A DNA stretch of 64,000 nt from a virus. Taxonomy: Duplodnaviria; Caudoviricetes. Positions 52,984 to 62,574 of this stretch are shown here, in pieces. The position numbers and the translations under genes were made by a program. The first letter of the stretch is position 1; the number at the start of each line of letters is the position of its first letter. The stretch lies in IMG/VR virus record IMGVR_UViG_3300048893_000079, positions 18,528 to 82,527 of that record, one strand, 5' to 3'. The notes beneath the pieces were generated by a model. That model was not told the origin of the DNA, did no database searches, and worked only from the letters and a program-made list of their open reading frames with translations.

Positions 52984-53182
52984 GTGCCTTCTCCTGTTTC
53001 GCGTCGCGTGCCTTCAACACTGCGAACATTGCATCACACTTTTCTTTGCCGTGTTCCTGCTGGAACCTCTTAACGTCAAACCGAGCCTCAATTCGAGTTA
53101 CTTGGTCTCTGCTGGACAGCCGAAGAGTGAGATGGTCGAACCGTCTCAACTCTTCTGCCGTGTAGACGACCGCTTTGCTCAT
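52964..53182 (-). CDS. Hypothetical protein
   Basis: ATGA coupling. Confidence 0.55.
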   Translation of the reverse strand: MSKAVVYTAEELRRFDHLTLRLSSRDQVTRIEARFDVKRFQQEHGKEKCDAMFAVLKARDAKQEKAHGKSKS

Positions 53183-53829
53183 GAGCCCTTCTTGATAAGC
53201 TCCTCGACTGCGGCCTTCGCTTCGCCGCACTTCTCCGGCTTCAGATCAGCGAAGCGCGAGATGCCGAACTTGGGATACAACGCGGTGATCGCCTGCGACG
53301 TGACCTTGCCGCTGCGGACTTGCTCACCGATCCACTTCGAGAGATCGGCAGGCGTCATGTCCGTTGCCGTTTCAGCGGCGGCGGTCTGCTGCGTCTGCGG
53401 GGCAGTCTCCTCGCCGGGGATGTCGGACGATGCGGCCGAAGCAGCGGTCGTCTTCGTGGCCGGAGCGCCTTCGCCGGGGATGTCATCCGTGGCGGAAGCC
53501 TTGGTGGTCTTGTCGGCGGCCTTCTTCTCCGCAGGCTTCTTGTCGGAAGCCGGAGCAGGAGTTGGAGCCGGTGTTTTGTCCGTGACAGACGCTTCAGCCT
53601 GCACGTGCTCGCCTGTCGCCTTGCCGCGTGTCGGCAGCTTCGTGTTCGGCGCCAGTCCGAGAGACGTGTGAACTTCCTCGCTCAGAATTTTGAACGCGGC
53701 CTTGATTGCGGCCTTGGGGTCTTCCCCGTCTTCCAGTTGCGCGGAGCACGTCACTTCAGACTCGGTGGGCTCGTAATCCCGAACCTGAATTTTCCGCATG
53801 AAGCGAACTTTGATGTCGTAAACTTGCAT
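53179..53829 (-). CDS. Replication-module protein with a low-complexity linker
   Basis: C-terminal ..KFG..RF.DLKPE; GGAG SD. Confidence 0.65.
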   Translation of the reverse strand: MQVYDIKVRFMRKIQVRDYEPTESEVTCSAQLEDGEDPKAAIKAAFKILSEEVHTSLGLAPNTKLPTRGKATGEHVQAEASVTDKTPAPTPAPASDKKPAEKKAADKTTKASATDDIPGEGAPATKTTAASAASSDIPGEETAPQTQQTAAAETATDMTPADLSKWIGEQVRSGKVTSQAITALYPKFGISRFADLKPEKCGEAKAAVEELIKKGS

Positions 53830-53843
53830 GGTGATCTCTCCGC

Positions 53844-54125
53844 TTAGTGTTTCAGATTGTCGAGGTAGGTCTTGCGCGCCGTGTCGAAGTCAACAATGTG
53901 GACCGGCTGCAAGACCACAAAGGAATACTCGAAGCCGAAATCGACGCGGCGTTGCCGCAAGCCGACGCGGCCCATCAGATGCAGTCCATAGGCGAACATC
54001 TGGATGTTGGTCAGAGTTGGAGACGAGGCGGTGTCGGACGCGAGGGAGCCAACATGGTACACAAAGGTTGCGCCTTTCGGCGTTTGGACAACTCTGGACT
54101 TGAAATCGGCAACCGGGTCTTTCAT
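53844..54125 (-). CDS. Hypothetical protein
   Basis: YHVG.LA...GRV.L.QRR..Y motif. Confidence 0.6.
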   Translation of the reverse strand: MKDPVADFKSRVVQTPKGATFVYHVGSLASDTASSPTLTNIQMFAYGLHLMGRVGLRQRRVDFGFEYSFVVLQPVHIVDFDTARKTYLDNLKH

Positions 54126-54246
54126 TTTGCTCTCGTCTCCGTCTCTTTATCTCAGCGGTCGGTGGTTAGACCGATTCGCCGGGAAGCTGATATTACGTTA
54201 CGCCCGCAGACAATTGCACAGTCCACCGGGAATGCAAAGAACTATT

Positions 54247-54459
54247 TTAGGATTGGTTAACGGCCTCTAAAGCCAGCATGCGGATCGCGAGGTCCGCCGA
54301 GTGGTACGCTTTCGACGGGGAGTCCGTGAAGAAGGAGCCGACCCACAACCGCAGCCAGAAGAGCGTGTTGTCGAGCCAATACTGCGTGCTGCGCGTCAGC
54401 CAGTATTCATATTGCTCCGGCGTCCAGTCCACTTGAACGTCAATGATTTCGTCGCTCAT
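54247..54459 (-). CDS. Hypothetical Trp-rich protein
   Basis: ATGA coupling to the helicase gene. Confidence 0.55.
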   Translation of the reverse strand: MSDEIIDVQVDWTPEQYEYWLTRSTQYWLDNTLFWLRLWVGSFFTDSPSKAYHSADLAIRMLALEAVNQS

Positions 54460-56099
54460 ATCGGCCTGCTCTTTCTGTTGTCGAGTGCTTCGTGAACCGT
54501 GTGAACCTTGTCGATCACCGTGGCGAGTATTTTCTCGTCGAGCGAACCTTCGACCACGATGAACTGCGCGATGACGTTGCCGTGCTGGCCACTGCGATGC
54601 AAGCGGTCGATGGCTTGCTCGTTCGAACCGCTTGTCCATGCGGGCTCGACGATGACGCAGTGCGTGCAGACATCTTGCAGCCCGTCGATGCCGACGCCGC
54701 CAGCTTCAAGCTGCGCGCTGAATATGCGGACCTTGGGGTCGCACGGGATTTTCTCTTTGAGATCGCCAGCGAAGCGCAGGATGGATTGACGGCGGGCTGC
54801 GTCGCCCATGCCGCCGCGCACTTCGACCACGCCGTACTCTTCAAGGTTCTCCTTGAGCGCGTTCATCACCGACTTGTGGTGCGAGAACACGACGAGCTTC
54901 TGCACTTCCATGATGTCGAGCAGGAATCGAATGTGCTGGATCGTTTGCGGCACCTTCGCCTCGCCCATCTCGCGGCGGATGGTGCTGATCTCTCCGAACA
55001 TCTGCACGTTCGGCTTCTTGAGATCGGCGATGGTGTAGTTCAGCATCTTCTCGCGCTGGATCACGTCCGCGATACGTCCGTCCTTTTCGATGTATGCGAA
55101 CTCATACGTCTTGTCCGGCAAGTCCTTCAGCACGTCTTCCTTCAGGCGGCGCACCATGAAGTTGCAGCGCAGGCGCGCTTGAAGCTCCGGCAGGCGCCCC
55201 TTCTCTTCGCGGATCGCGCCCGTTGCCAACGTCGCCGACGGGTTGAAGCGATAGCGGAAGTCATCCGCCGACATATAGTTGATCGCCTCCCAACACATCG
55301 CGCGTGTCAGCGTGTAGCATTCGCGTGGACGATTCGGGAGCGGCGTGCCGGTCAGAGCCAGGATGCGGTCAGCGTGATCGGCGAGCACGTCTTTGAACTC
55401 TTCGCGGCGTCCGCCTCCGAAAAGCGCCTGCGTCCGGCGCGCACTGACTTCCTTGAGCGCGTGAGCTTCGTCGAGAATGATCGCGTTCCAATTGATGGAA
55501 CACAGCGCCGCGTGGATCGCCGGATTGCGAAGGAGATCGTACGAGATGATCGTGAAGTGCGGCCACGTGGCGATGCCATCGGCCGACCGGATCACGGGAT
55601 AGCACGACACTTTCTCGATGGTCGAGCCCTTCTTGATCTCCTTCTTCCACTGGCCACGGATCGCGGCCGGGCAGACGACGAGTACCTTGCGGGCCTCGAA
55701 CGCATTGCAGGCGCCAATCGCGGTGAGGGTCTTGCCGACGCCGGGCGCATCGCCGATCAATGTGTGCTTGCGTCGCAGCGCGTAGTCGATGGCCGCGTTC
55801 TGATAGCCGCGCAGTCCACCGAGGTCCGCGTAGTATTGCCCGATGGGATATTTGTTCGGGCTCTCCGTCGCCCACGACGCTTCGTAGTCAGTCCACAGCG
55901 GTGCGAGTTTATCCACCACCATCCGGTCGGCTTCGCGATAGAAGTTTAACGCGGCGTACGGGTCTTTGGTGAAATAGATCGGCTCGCCGTTCGGTCCGGT
56001 CGCGGTCTTGCTCAACGTCAGGCCGGTGTCTGTGGCCTTGACGGTCTGAATAGTCGAGATAACGTAATCGCCCGTTCGGACGTTGAACCGGAGAGACAT
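54456..56099 (-). CDS. SNF2-family (SF2) helicase
   Basis: LRGYQ; GDAPGVGKT; IILDEAH; LTGTP; RRLKEDVL; G.G.DGLQ; QAIDRLHRSGQ. Start at ATG 56099 after GAGGG. Confidence 0.92.
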   Translation of the reverse strand: MSLRFNVRTGDYVISTIQTVKATDTGLTLSKTATGPNGEPIYFTKDPYAALNFYREADRMVVDKLAPLWTDYEASWATESPNKYPIGQYYADLGGLRGYQNAAIDYALRRKHTLIGDAPGVGKTLTAIGACNAFEARKVLVVCPAAIRGQWKKEIKKGSTIEKVSCYPVIRSADGIATWPHFTIISYDLLRNPAIHAALCSINWNAIILDEAHALKEVSARRTQALFGGGRREEFKDVLADHADRILALTGTPLPNRPRECYTLTRAMCWEAINYMSADDFRYRFNPSATLATGAIREEKGRLPELQARLRCNFMVRRLKEDVLKDLPDKTYEFAYIEKDGRIADVIQREKMLNYTIADLKKPNVQMFGEISTIRREMGEAKVPQTIQHIRFLLDIMEVQKLVVFSHHKSVMNALKENLEEYGVVEVRGGMGDAARRQSILRFAGDLKEKIPCDPKVRIFSAQLEAGGVGIDGLQDVCTHCVIVEPAWTSGSNEQAIDRLHRSGQHGNVIAQFIVVEGSLDEKILATVIDKVHTVHEALDNRKSRPI

Positions 56100-56105
56100 A
56101 CCCTC

Positions 56106-56136
56106 GTGTGTAGCACGTGGCCCGTGGTTTGCAAAG
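56106..56136 (-). promoter_or_regulatory. Promoter upstream of the helicase gene
   Basis: TTGCAA-N16-TACACA (GCTACAC). Confidence 0.5.
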
Positions 56137-56180
56137 TCATTTGATAGTGGTATAAGCGTGGTCACGGACCGGAGCGGCAG

Positions 56181-56798
56181 ATGGACATCACAGTGAAGGA
56201 AGCCGCCGAAGCTCTGTCGGTTTCGACGTGGTTCGTTGCGAGCATCTACACGGGCGAACGCAGGCCCATCCGGGAGACGAACCGTGCCGTAGACACCGAA
56301 CTGCTTTGCGAAATTCTGAACCTCGATCACCGATTCATGATGGCGTTCCTCGCGGGATACGATGTCGCGCTTGACATGAACATGATTTCGTTTCTCGCCG
56401 GTCACGACATCCGGCACTGCTATAGGTACTTTAGAACGATTCCAGTTTTTGTTGTCCCATCGAAGACACCGAAGCACGGGCGCTTTGGAAAAGTAGCACT
56501 TGTGCGGTATAGTTACCGACGGGTCGCTCCGCTTTTGCAAGCGAAGTTGGAGAAGAAAAATGGAAACAATCGAGCTTCCAGATATGGCGGCGGCGCTCTC
56601 ATGCCGCCCCCGGACACTCTGCCGCCTGATACATGGACCTTTCGCAGCACGCTCACTACAGAGGGCACCCGTCTCCCTTGGGCTCGCCGCACAGTCCTTG
56701 AAGACGGACGAGCTTCTGCTCTCACGGTTCCTGAGCGCGGCCCTAAGTGGGGCGGACGACGCCCTTACTCCCGAAGTAGCAATCATGATGTTGAATAA
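56181..56798 (+). CDS. HTH protein; 3' part overlaps the next gene
   Basis: ITVKEAAEALSVS (excisionase-like HTH start). Confidence 0.55.
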   Translation: MDITVKEAAEALSVSTWFVASIYTGERRPIRETNRAVDTELLCEILNLDHRFMMAFLAGYDVALDMNMISFLAGHDIRHCYRYFRTIPVFVVPSKTPKHGRFGKVALVRYSYRRVAPLLQAKLEKKNGNNRASRYGGGALMPPPDTLPPDTWTFRSTLTTEGTRLPWARRTVLEDGRASALTVPERGPKWGGRRPYSRSSNHDVE

Positions 56799-56916
56799 AC
56801 CTCGGAGCACTTTCTTCCGGCTCCTGAAGGAAGGAAAAATTCCAGTGATCGTGCATGTCGGGCGTTTCAGTCGCTTCTCCCGTGAAGCACTCAAGCTTAT
56901 CCCTGCCGACGAATGA
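56560..56916 (+). CDS. Tandem MerR/Xis-like HTH protein
   Basis: GGAG SD; LTPE.A..ML...RSTF.RL..EGKIP..VGR..RF. Confidence 0.7.
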   Translation: METIELPDMAAALSCRPRTLCRLIHGPFAARSLQRAPVSLGLAAQSLKTDELLLSRFLSAALSGADDALTPEVAIMMLNKPRSTFFRLLKEGKIPVIVHVGRFSRFSREALKLIPADE

Positions 56917-59060
56917 AGTCTCGCGTCGAATACGCACTGACGCTCGCGCGTCTCGGCTTCCGCATCTTCCCGCTGCAACCCGGCTCGAAGAAGCCGTACC
57001 GTGGCGAAGGCTGGCGCGCGATTGCCACGACGGACGAGCCGCAGATCAAGCGGTGGTTCGACACGCGGCCGGACATGAACTACGCCGTGAACTGCGACGA
57101 GCAGCACGTCATCCTCGACATTGACGAAGGCGGACCGAAGAACAAACAAGGCAAGATGCACTTCTACAGAGCCGAAGACGCGGCGTGCGGCTTCGTCGAG
57201 CAAAGCATTTTCGACGCCACGTATCGCGTCCGCTCTCCGAAGGGCGGCTACCATCTCTACTTCAATTGCGAACGCGGCTATGCGAACTCGGTCAGCACGA
57301 TCATCGAAGACGTGGACGTGCGCGGCCCAGACGGCTACGTGGTCGGCCCCGGTTGCGCGACGTTCGATGACCCAGAGTCCAACACGGTCGAGGGCCAGTA
57401 CCTTGTCGAGATGGACGGCATCTCCGACGTTCCCGGCTGGCTGAAAGAAAAGCTCGAACGCGTCGGCACGGTCGGCAAGCGCGCCGAGAGTGCTGGCACC
57501 GCTGCCGGTAAGCTCGACACACAAGCGAACATCGACACGTGCTGCCGCATCCTTCGTCAGCGCCCGCCTGCAATCGAGGGCCAGGGCGGCGACGATCACA
57601 CCGTCAAGACGGCGCAGCGCCTCAAGGACTACGGCGTCACGCCGGATGTCTGCTTCGACCTCATGTTCAACAAGATTCTCTTCGCGCCGGACGACAAGCA
57701 TCCCGAAGGCCGCTCGTGGAATGACACGTGCGAGCCGCCGTGGGACGAAGCGGGCATGCGTCTGAAGGTCAACAACGCATACGCGTACGGCAACTATGCC
57801 GTCGGTTCGAAGATGGATGCGCTCGCCTCGTACGGCGAAGAGGATGTCGCGCCTCCGCCGGTCGATGGCATGGACGAGATGCAGCAGCAACTCGCGCCCG
57901 GCGAACACTTCAGTGCAATCGAGCAGCCCATCGGCAACGACGGCTCGCGCGACAAGATCAAGAACATGCTCATGACCCCCAACGACTTCCTCGCTCGACC
58001 GATGGAGTACGACGGGCTCGTCCACCAGTGGTTCCCGGCCAAGGGCGTCGCGGCCATGCTCGCTACACGCAACACCGGCAAGTCTGTCGTGCTCGAAGAC
58101 CTCTGCTTCCGCGTTTCGTGCGACATGAAGTGGAATAACCTCGACGTGGCGAAGAACTGGGCCTGCGTCTATCTCTGCGGTGAGGATGATCGCGGCTTGA
58201 TGGCGAACTTCACCGCATGGAAGATCAAGAACGGACGTGAGCCTGAGCCTGACCGGCTGATACTCGCTCCCGCTGTTCCTGATCTCATGGACGCGGAGAA
58301 CGTGCGCATCTGGGCCGAGGAGTTGAAGAAGAAACTCGGCGGTCGCAACGTCGTGGTCTTCATCGACACATGGCAACGCGCCACGTCTACCGCTTCGCAG
58401 AACGACGACAAAGAGATGCAGAAAGCTATCGCTCACGCGGAAGCCATCGCTCGGTTTCTCGACGGCGTTGCTATCATCGCATTCCATCCGCCCAAGGGCC
58501 GTGACGATACGATCTCCGGCTCCATGATCCTTGAGAACTCCACCACGGCGATCCTGAACATCACCGAAGTGAACGGTGGTGAGAAGAAGCTTCAAGTCGT
58601 TCGCATCAAGGGCCACAAAGAGGGCGCCTATGCGTACTTCAAGATCAAGGAGCACGGCATCAGCCAGTGGGACAAGCAGTTGAACGAGATCACAGGCGCG
58701 TTGCCGGAGTACATCGGCGGCACCGGTATGGGCCATGCTCAGGAGCGCGTTATCGCCGACGCCGATGCTCGCGCCGAGATCGTCAGCATTCATTTGAACA
58801 CGCTACGAACACGCAAGCAGCCGCTCACCATGAAGGAGATCGCGATCACGATTGAGCGCGCTCTCGACCACGGCGGCTGCAAGGACACGCTGAAGAACTT
58901 CTTCCCGAATACGCGCAAAGCCGTGGACATCGAGAAAATGCTCACGCGTCTCTTCACAGCCAACGACGAAATTCCGGTCGCCGGTTCGATGGACATCGTG
59001 AAGTGCATAAAGGGTAATCTCGTCTACATCAACGGCGAACGCTCGCCATCCATCGGATAA
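56913..59060 (+). CDS. Primase-polymerase fused to an AAA (RepA-like) helicase
   Basis: G.RIFPL.P.SK.P; ILDID; SP.GG.HLY; DVRG..GYVVGPG; Walker A ATRNTGKS; Walker B FIDT. Confidence 0.9.
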   Translation: MKSRVEYALTLARLGFRIFPLQPGSKKPYRGEGWRAIATTDEPQIKRWFDTRPDMNYAVNCDEQHVILDIDEGGPKNKQGKMHFYRAEDAACGFVEQSIFDATYRVRSPKGGYHLYFNCERGYANSVSTIIEDVDVRGPDGYVVGPGCATFDDPESNTVEGQYLVEMDGISDVPGWLKEKLERVGTVGKRAESAGTAAGKLDTQANIDTCCRILRQRPPAIEGQGGDDHTVKTAQRLKDYGVTPDVCFDLMFNKILFAPDDKHPEGRSWNDTCEPPWDEAGMRLKVNNAYAYGNYAVGSKMDALASYGEEDVAPPPVDGMDEMQQQLAPGEHFSAIEQPIGNDGSRDKIKNMLMTPNDFLARPMEYDGLVHQWFPAKGVAAMLATRNTGKSVVLEDLCFRVSCDMKWNNLDVAKNWACVYLCGEDDRGLMANFTAWKIKNGREPEPDRLILAPAVPDLMDAENVRIWAEELKKKLGGRNVVVFIDTWQRATSTASQNDDKEMQKAIAHAEAIARFLDGVAIIAFHPPKGRDDTISGSMILENSTTAILNITEVNGGEKKLQVVRIKGHKEGAYAYFKIKEHGISQWDKQLNEITGALPEYIGGTGMGHAQERVIADADARAEIVSIHLNTLRTRKQPLTMKEIAITIERALDHGGCKDTLKNFFPNTRKAVDIEKMLTRLFTANDEIPVAGSMDIVKCIKGNLVYINGERSPSIG

Positions 59061-59093
59061 AGAAAAACCCCGGCACCTTTCGATGCCAGGGTC
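59059..59093 (-). terminator. Intrinsic terminator at the convergence point
   Basis: Minus strand GACCCTGGCATC-GAAA-GGTGCCGGGG-TTTTTCTTT. Confidence 0.75.
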
Positions 59094-59111
59094 TTCCATG
59101 CAAGCTTGTGC

Positions 59112-59429
59112 TTACGACGCCGGAGCCGGTGAAGGCGCCGGAGCAGGGGCAGGCTGTGCAGCGGCATCGGCCGCGTCAACGGAAGTTGCAACCGCATTGA
59201 TACGGTCCACGAGCGCGGCGATGACCGGCGAGTTTCCCGTGTTGGCGGCGGCAAGCTCGGCAGCAATCGCTGCCAGTTCAGTGTTGTTGGCAGCAGCCGT
59301 TGCTTCGAGACGAGTGACGGCGGCAGCAAGGTTGTCGGTGTCGGACATGATCGTGTTCACTTTCCTGTGGAGGGTTATGAGGAGCCGAATGATAACGCGC
59401 AATAGAAATTCTTCTTCGTTCCGTGTCAT
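59112..59429 (-). CDS. Ala-rich coiled-coil protein with a PAPAP tail
   Basis: Typical codon bias; start uncertain. Confidence 0.6.
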   Translation of the reverse strand: MTRNEEEFLLRVIIRLLITLHRKVNTIMSDTDNLAAAVTRLEATAAANNTELAAIAAELAAANTGNSPVIAALVDRINAVATSVDAADAAAQPAPAPAPSPAPAS

Positions 59430-59512
59430 CTTCGATTCCTCTTGGGGCACGTCTACTATCAGCGTGCGACATGCGACTCGTCAAGTAGGAACTTCGATCA
59501 CAACGATGTCAC

Positions 59513-59548
59513 AAAAGAAAAACCCCGACGCCTTTCGACGCCGGGGTC
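59513..59548 (-). terminator. Intrinsic terminator, near-copy of the one at 59059
   Basis: GACCCCGGCGTC-GAAA-GGCGTCGGGG-TTTTTCTTTT. Confidence 0.8.
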
Positions 59549-59572
59549 AGCGGAAGCACTCGTGGAGAGTGC

Positions 59573-60229
59573 TTATTTATTCAACACCGCTTTAACGGCG
59601 TCAAGGTCGAGGAAGACCTTGCGTGCGAGCGCCCGGATTTCCGGGTCATCGGACGAGATGCCGAGGCGGAACGCTTCGCGCTTCGAGCATTCGGGGTCAA
59701 TCGAAACGTGACTGACGCCGACGCTGAACATCGTAAAGCCGCCCGACACGGCTGTCGCCTGTCCGGTGCATTGACCCGATGCTGCAACCGACACGCTGAT
59801 CGCGCCGACTGTGGCCGGGTTCTTGATGTTGACGCTCTGGGTGTTACCGGCATTGTTCGCCGAGGCATTGCCGCCTGCGCCGCCCTGTGCCGATGCATTG
59901 GCGTTGCCACCAGTGGCATTGCCGCCTTGCGCCGAAGACGAATTGTTGATCGTCGGCGAGACCGTCACCGTGTTGCTGTTCGCATTCGAATTGCTGTTCG
60001 AGTTCGAAGGAGCGTTCACATTGACGTTCGTGTTGACCGGATTCACCGAGATCGTGGGTGATATGACCGGTGCGATGGTCGTGTTATACGTGCCACCCCC
60101 AGTGCCGGTCCCGCCGTTGTTCGGACAGTTCCCGGTGCAGTCATTACCGCCGCCTGTGTTCGTGTCAGCAAAAGCCGGTACGGACATCAGTGCCAAAATG
60201 GCAGCGGCGAAGATCGTACGTTTCATCAT
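59573..60229 (-). CDS. Secreted N/G/T/S-rich protein
   Basis: Signal peptide ending AFA; four Cys; low-complexity core. Confidence 0.7.
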   Translation of the reverse strand: MMKRTIFAAAILALMSVPAFADTNTGGGNDCTGNCPNNGGTGTGGGTYNTTIAPVISPTISVNPVNTNVNVNAPSNSNSNSNANSNTVTVSPTINNSSSAQGGNATGGNANASAQGGAGGNASANNAGNTQSVNIKNPATVGAISVSVAASGQCTGQATAVSGGFTMFSVGVSHVSIDPECSKREAFRLGISSDDPEIRALARKVFLDLDAVKAVLNK

Positions 60230-60307
60230 GGTTCGTCTCTCTCATTTTGGCACATCATTCCGCAGTGCCAGTCACGGTATTGTCACATCAAGCAAGGAGC
60301 GTGCCAG

Positions 60308-60496
60308 TTAATCTTTGCTGCGCCAGCCGTGATGCCCGCGCCGCTTGGGGCGCTTCAGCTTCAGCATACCGTGGAAGCCACGGTACATCTTGAGCCTGTC
60401 CACGAGGCGCGCTTCGGCTTTGCGGAAGGCATTGCGCATCTTCGCTCGACCGTAGCGAAACTTGTGCAGGGGATGTTCTACGGCGTCAGGATGCAT
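60308..60496 (-). CDS. Small basic protein
   Basis: Packed ORF. Confidence 0.5.
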   Translation of the reverse strand: MHPDAVEHPLHKFRYGRAKMRNAFRKAEARLVDRLKMYRGFHGMLKLKRPKRRGHHGWRSKD

Positions 60497-60740
60497 CAGC
60501 TAGACATTCATCGCAAACCCATTCGCCTTCGTGCTCGTTGCATTCTTCGCCGTCGCACCACCAGTTGCAGCGCGTACAGTTGAAGACTTGCGAATCGAGT
60601 TCCTTGCACTCTTCGATGGTGAGGTCTTCGATGTCGTCTACGTCGCCGTTATAGCCCGTCGTGCCGCGCAAGCGGTCGGCGATCTCCTTCACGCGCTCGG
60701 AGCGTGGCGGATGGTTGTGACCGGCGAGGCGGTTTATCAT
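60486..60740 (-). CDS. Zinc-finger protein
   Basis: CTRC.WWC...C......VCDEC. Confidence 0.7.
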   Translation of the reverse strand: MINRLAGHNHPPRSERVKEIADRLRGTTGYNGDVDDIEDLTIEECKELDSQVFNCTRCNWWCDGEECNEHEGEWVCDECLADAS

Positions 60741-60804
60741 CTGCGCGTCGCGAGGAAGAGCGCGGCGACGGCAGCGAAGAGCATTGACAGCGAAAGCCAG
60801 CGTT

Positions 60805-61029
60805 TCACGTGCGTCTCACGCGGCTGACACCCTCGTCAGTACCGATCAAACGCTCGTCCCATTGGAAACTGATCTTCCGGTCGAAGCAGTACGTCACGAC
60901 ATAGGCGACGAGCACCGGGTCGCCCATGTAATCGCCGGTCGATTGGAAAAGCTCCAGCGCGCGGGCGTACTCGTGCTTCTCGCGCCGAAGCGCCGTGCGT
61001 GGCAGTGCGTAGAGAATGCCTTTGGTCAT
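60805..61029 (-). CDS. Hypothetical protein
   Basis: ATGA coupling. Confidence 0.5.
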   Translation of the reverse strand: MTKGILYALPRTALRREKHEYARALELFQSTGDYMGDPVLVAYVVTYCFDRKISFQWDERLIGTDEGVSRVRRT

Positions 61030-61466
61030 CCGGCTTGCGCATCTCCCAACGGCTTGCTCTCCGTAAGCTCTTGCATCTTGCGCTTGAGCAGTTCGCGAAT
61101 GGTCTCGCGACGGCGGCGGCGTTCCTCGCGGCGAATGTCGGCACGGATTTCGTTGGCGATGCGCATCGCGACGCCACGGTAGATCGGGACGACCACGATG
61201 TCGTTCTTGCCCTTCTTCTCCGGGTCGTTGTACGCAGCCTTTAGATCGCCTTTCCAACGGCGACGCGCGGCCTCGCTGCGCCAATGGCTGATCTCGCCCA
61301 TGGGCTTCACTTCGTCGAACATCGGTGTGGCCAGGATGATCTTCTCGCCGATGAACTTGCCAGCAGCGGTCTTGAGCGGCTGACGGATTCCCATAACGCG
61401 CTCGCCGTACTTGTCCATAGTCGGGCGCGAGCGCAGTACATACGTTTCGGGTTGATGACGTGTCAC
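61026..61466 (-). CDS. Hypothetical basic protein
   Basis: AAGGAG SD, GTG start. Confidence 0.6.
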   Translation of the reverse strand: MTRHQPETYVLRSRPTMDKYGERVMGIRQPLKTAAGKFIGEKIILATPMFDEVKPMGEISHWRSEAARRRWKGDLKAAYNDPEKKGKNDIVVVPIYRGVAMRIANEIRADIRREERRRRRETIRELLKRKMQELTESKPLGDAQAG

Positions 61467-61617
61467 TGTTACTTCTCCTTGCGAAAGACGATGTGGGTTT
61501 CACGTGGACCAACGGGCATCGCCTCAAATTCCCGTTTGGCTTTTCTGCGAATGAAAATTTTCCGCAATTTTTGAAACGGCGAAAGTATCAAACGCGAGAT
61601 GTAAGATGCGGCGGACA

Positions 61618-62004
61618 TCAGTTTGCCTTGCTCCCCGGCTCGATCTCCATTGACAATAGCGCCTTCTGCTCCGGCGTTGCGGTTTCGGCGAACTCCGGCG
61701 TCCGCACGGACATGAACGTGTCGCCGAATTCGTAATAGCTCGCCTCGATGGCATAGCCGTTCTCCGGGCGATAGTCAATATCGGCGATCTTGCAGATTTC
61801 GACGATGCCTTCCTTTTTCAGCGCGTACATCTTCTCGCCGAAGTCGTGGAAGCGCGGCACGTACTTCTCGTTGAGCGCGATAAGCTCGGCTTGGTACTCG
61901 CGCGTGATTTGACCGTGCTCGGCTCCGGTCGCCACCATGTCGTCCCACAGCTTCTTCACGCGGTCGTTTGCCTTCTTCGGGAGCTTGATGTTCTGAATGC
62001 TCAT
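61618..62004 (-). CDS. Hypothetical coiled-coil protein
   Basis: GGAGG SD. Confidence 0.65.
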   Translation of the reverse strand: MSIQNIKLPKKANDRVKKLWDDMVATGAEHGQITREYQAELIALNEKYVPRFHDFGEKMYALKKEGIVEICKIADIDYRPENGYAIEASYYEFGDTFMSVRTPEFAETATPEQKALLSMEIEPGSKAN

Positions 62005-62285
62005 TTTAGAAACTCCTCCAACGCGAGAATGACTGGCTCCGGTGCGATGCCTGCATATTCGAAGAGGAGATGCACGTCGTCAAAACACTCTGCAAACCAC
62101 TTCCGAGCGGCGACAACCACATCTGCTTCGTCCTGGCCCACAACGCCGAAAGCATCGAGCGTGTGTCGCGCGGCGGCCTCTCGCCACAGGACTTGCTCCG
62201 AACTGGTTGAGACGATGGCTTGAGCAAACGCATTACGCGCTCTCACCGGGATTTTTGGATTGTGCAGCAGGGCTCGCATCGACAT
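62001..62285 (-). CDS. Hypothetical protein
   Basis: Internal ATG of ORF 62001..62642. Confidence 0.5.
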   Translation of the reverse strand: MSMRALLHNPKIPVRARNAFAQAIVSTSSEQVLWREAAARHTLDAFGVVGQDEADVVVAARKWFAECFDDVHLLFEYAGIAPEPVILALEEFLK

Positions 62286-62520
62286 TTTGGGGTCTCTGTG
62301 TTGGACCGCCTCCGCCCATGCCGATGCCGCGTCTCTCCGCTTTGGCAGGCTCCGCAACGGGCTTGCCGAGTGTCGCGATGAAATACGCTTCGTTCTCGTT
62401 GATGGCGCAGGAAGTCGTGGATAGGAGAACGTGACCCTCTGCGGATGCTTTGTCGAGCGCGGCTTGCAACGCAATGCCGTCGGTCGGGAGCATCCCTGAG
62501 ATGATCGTATGATTAAGCAT
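62233..62520 (-). CDS. Hypothetical protein
   Basis: AGGAG SD. Confidence 0.55.
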   Translation of the reverse strand: MLNHTIISGMLPTDGIALQAALDKASAEGHVLLSTTSCAINENEAYFIATLGKPVAEPAKAERRGIGMGGGGPTQRPQNVDASPAAQSKNPGESA

Positions 62521-62574
62521 TCACAGTCTCCTAGATGGTTAACGTACCACCTTTTCCCGACTTTCCAAAGCGAA

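Noticed and set aside
54456-58793. 1445-aa minus-strand ORF
   Set aside because: Only 54456..56099 has helicase motifs and its own SD. The rest is the stop-free antisense shadow of the HTH and primase genes.
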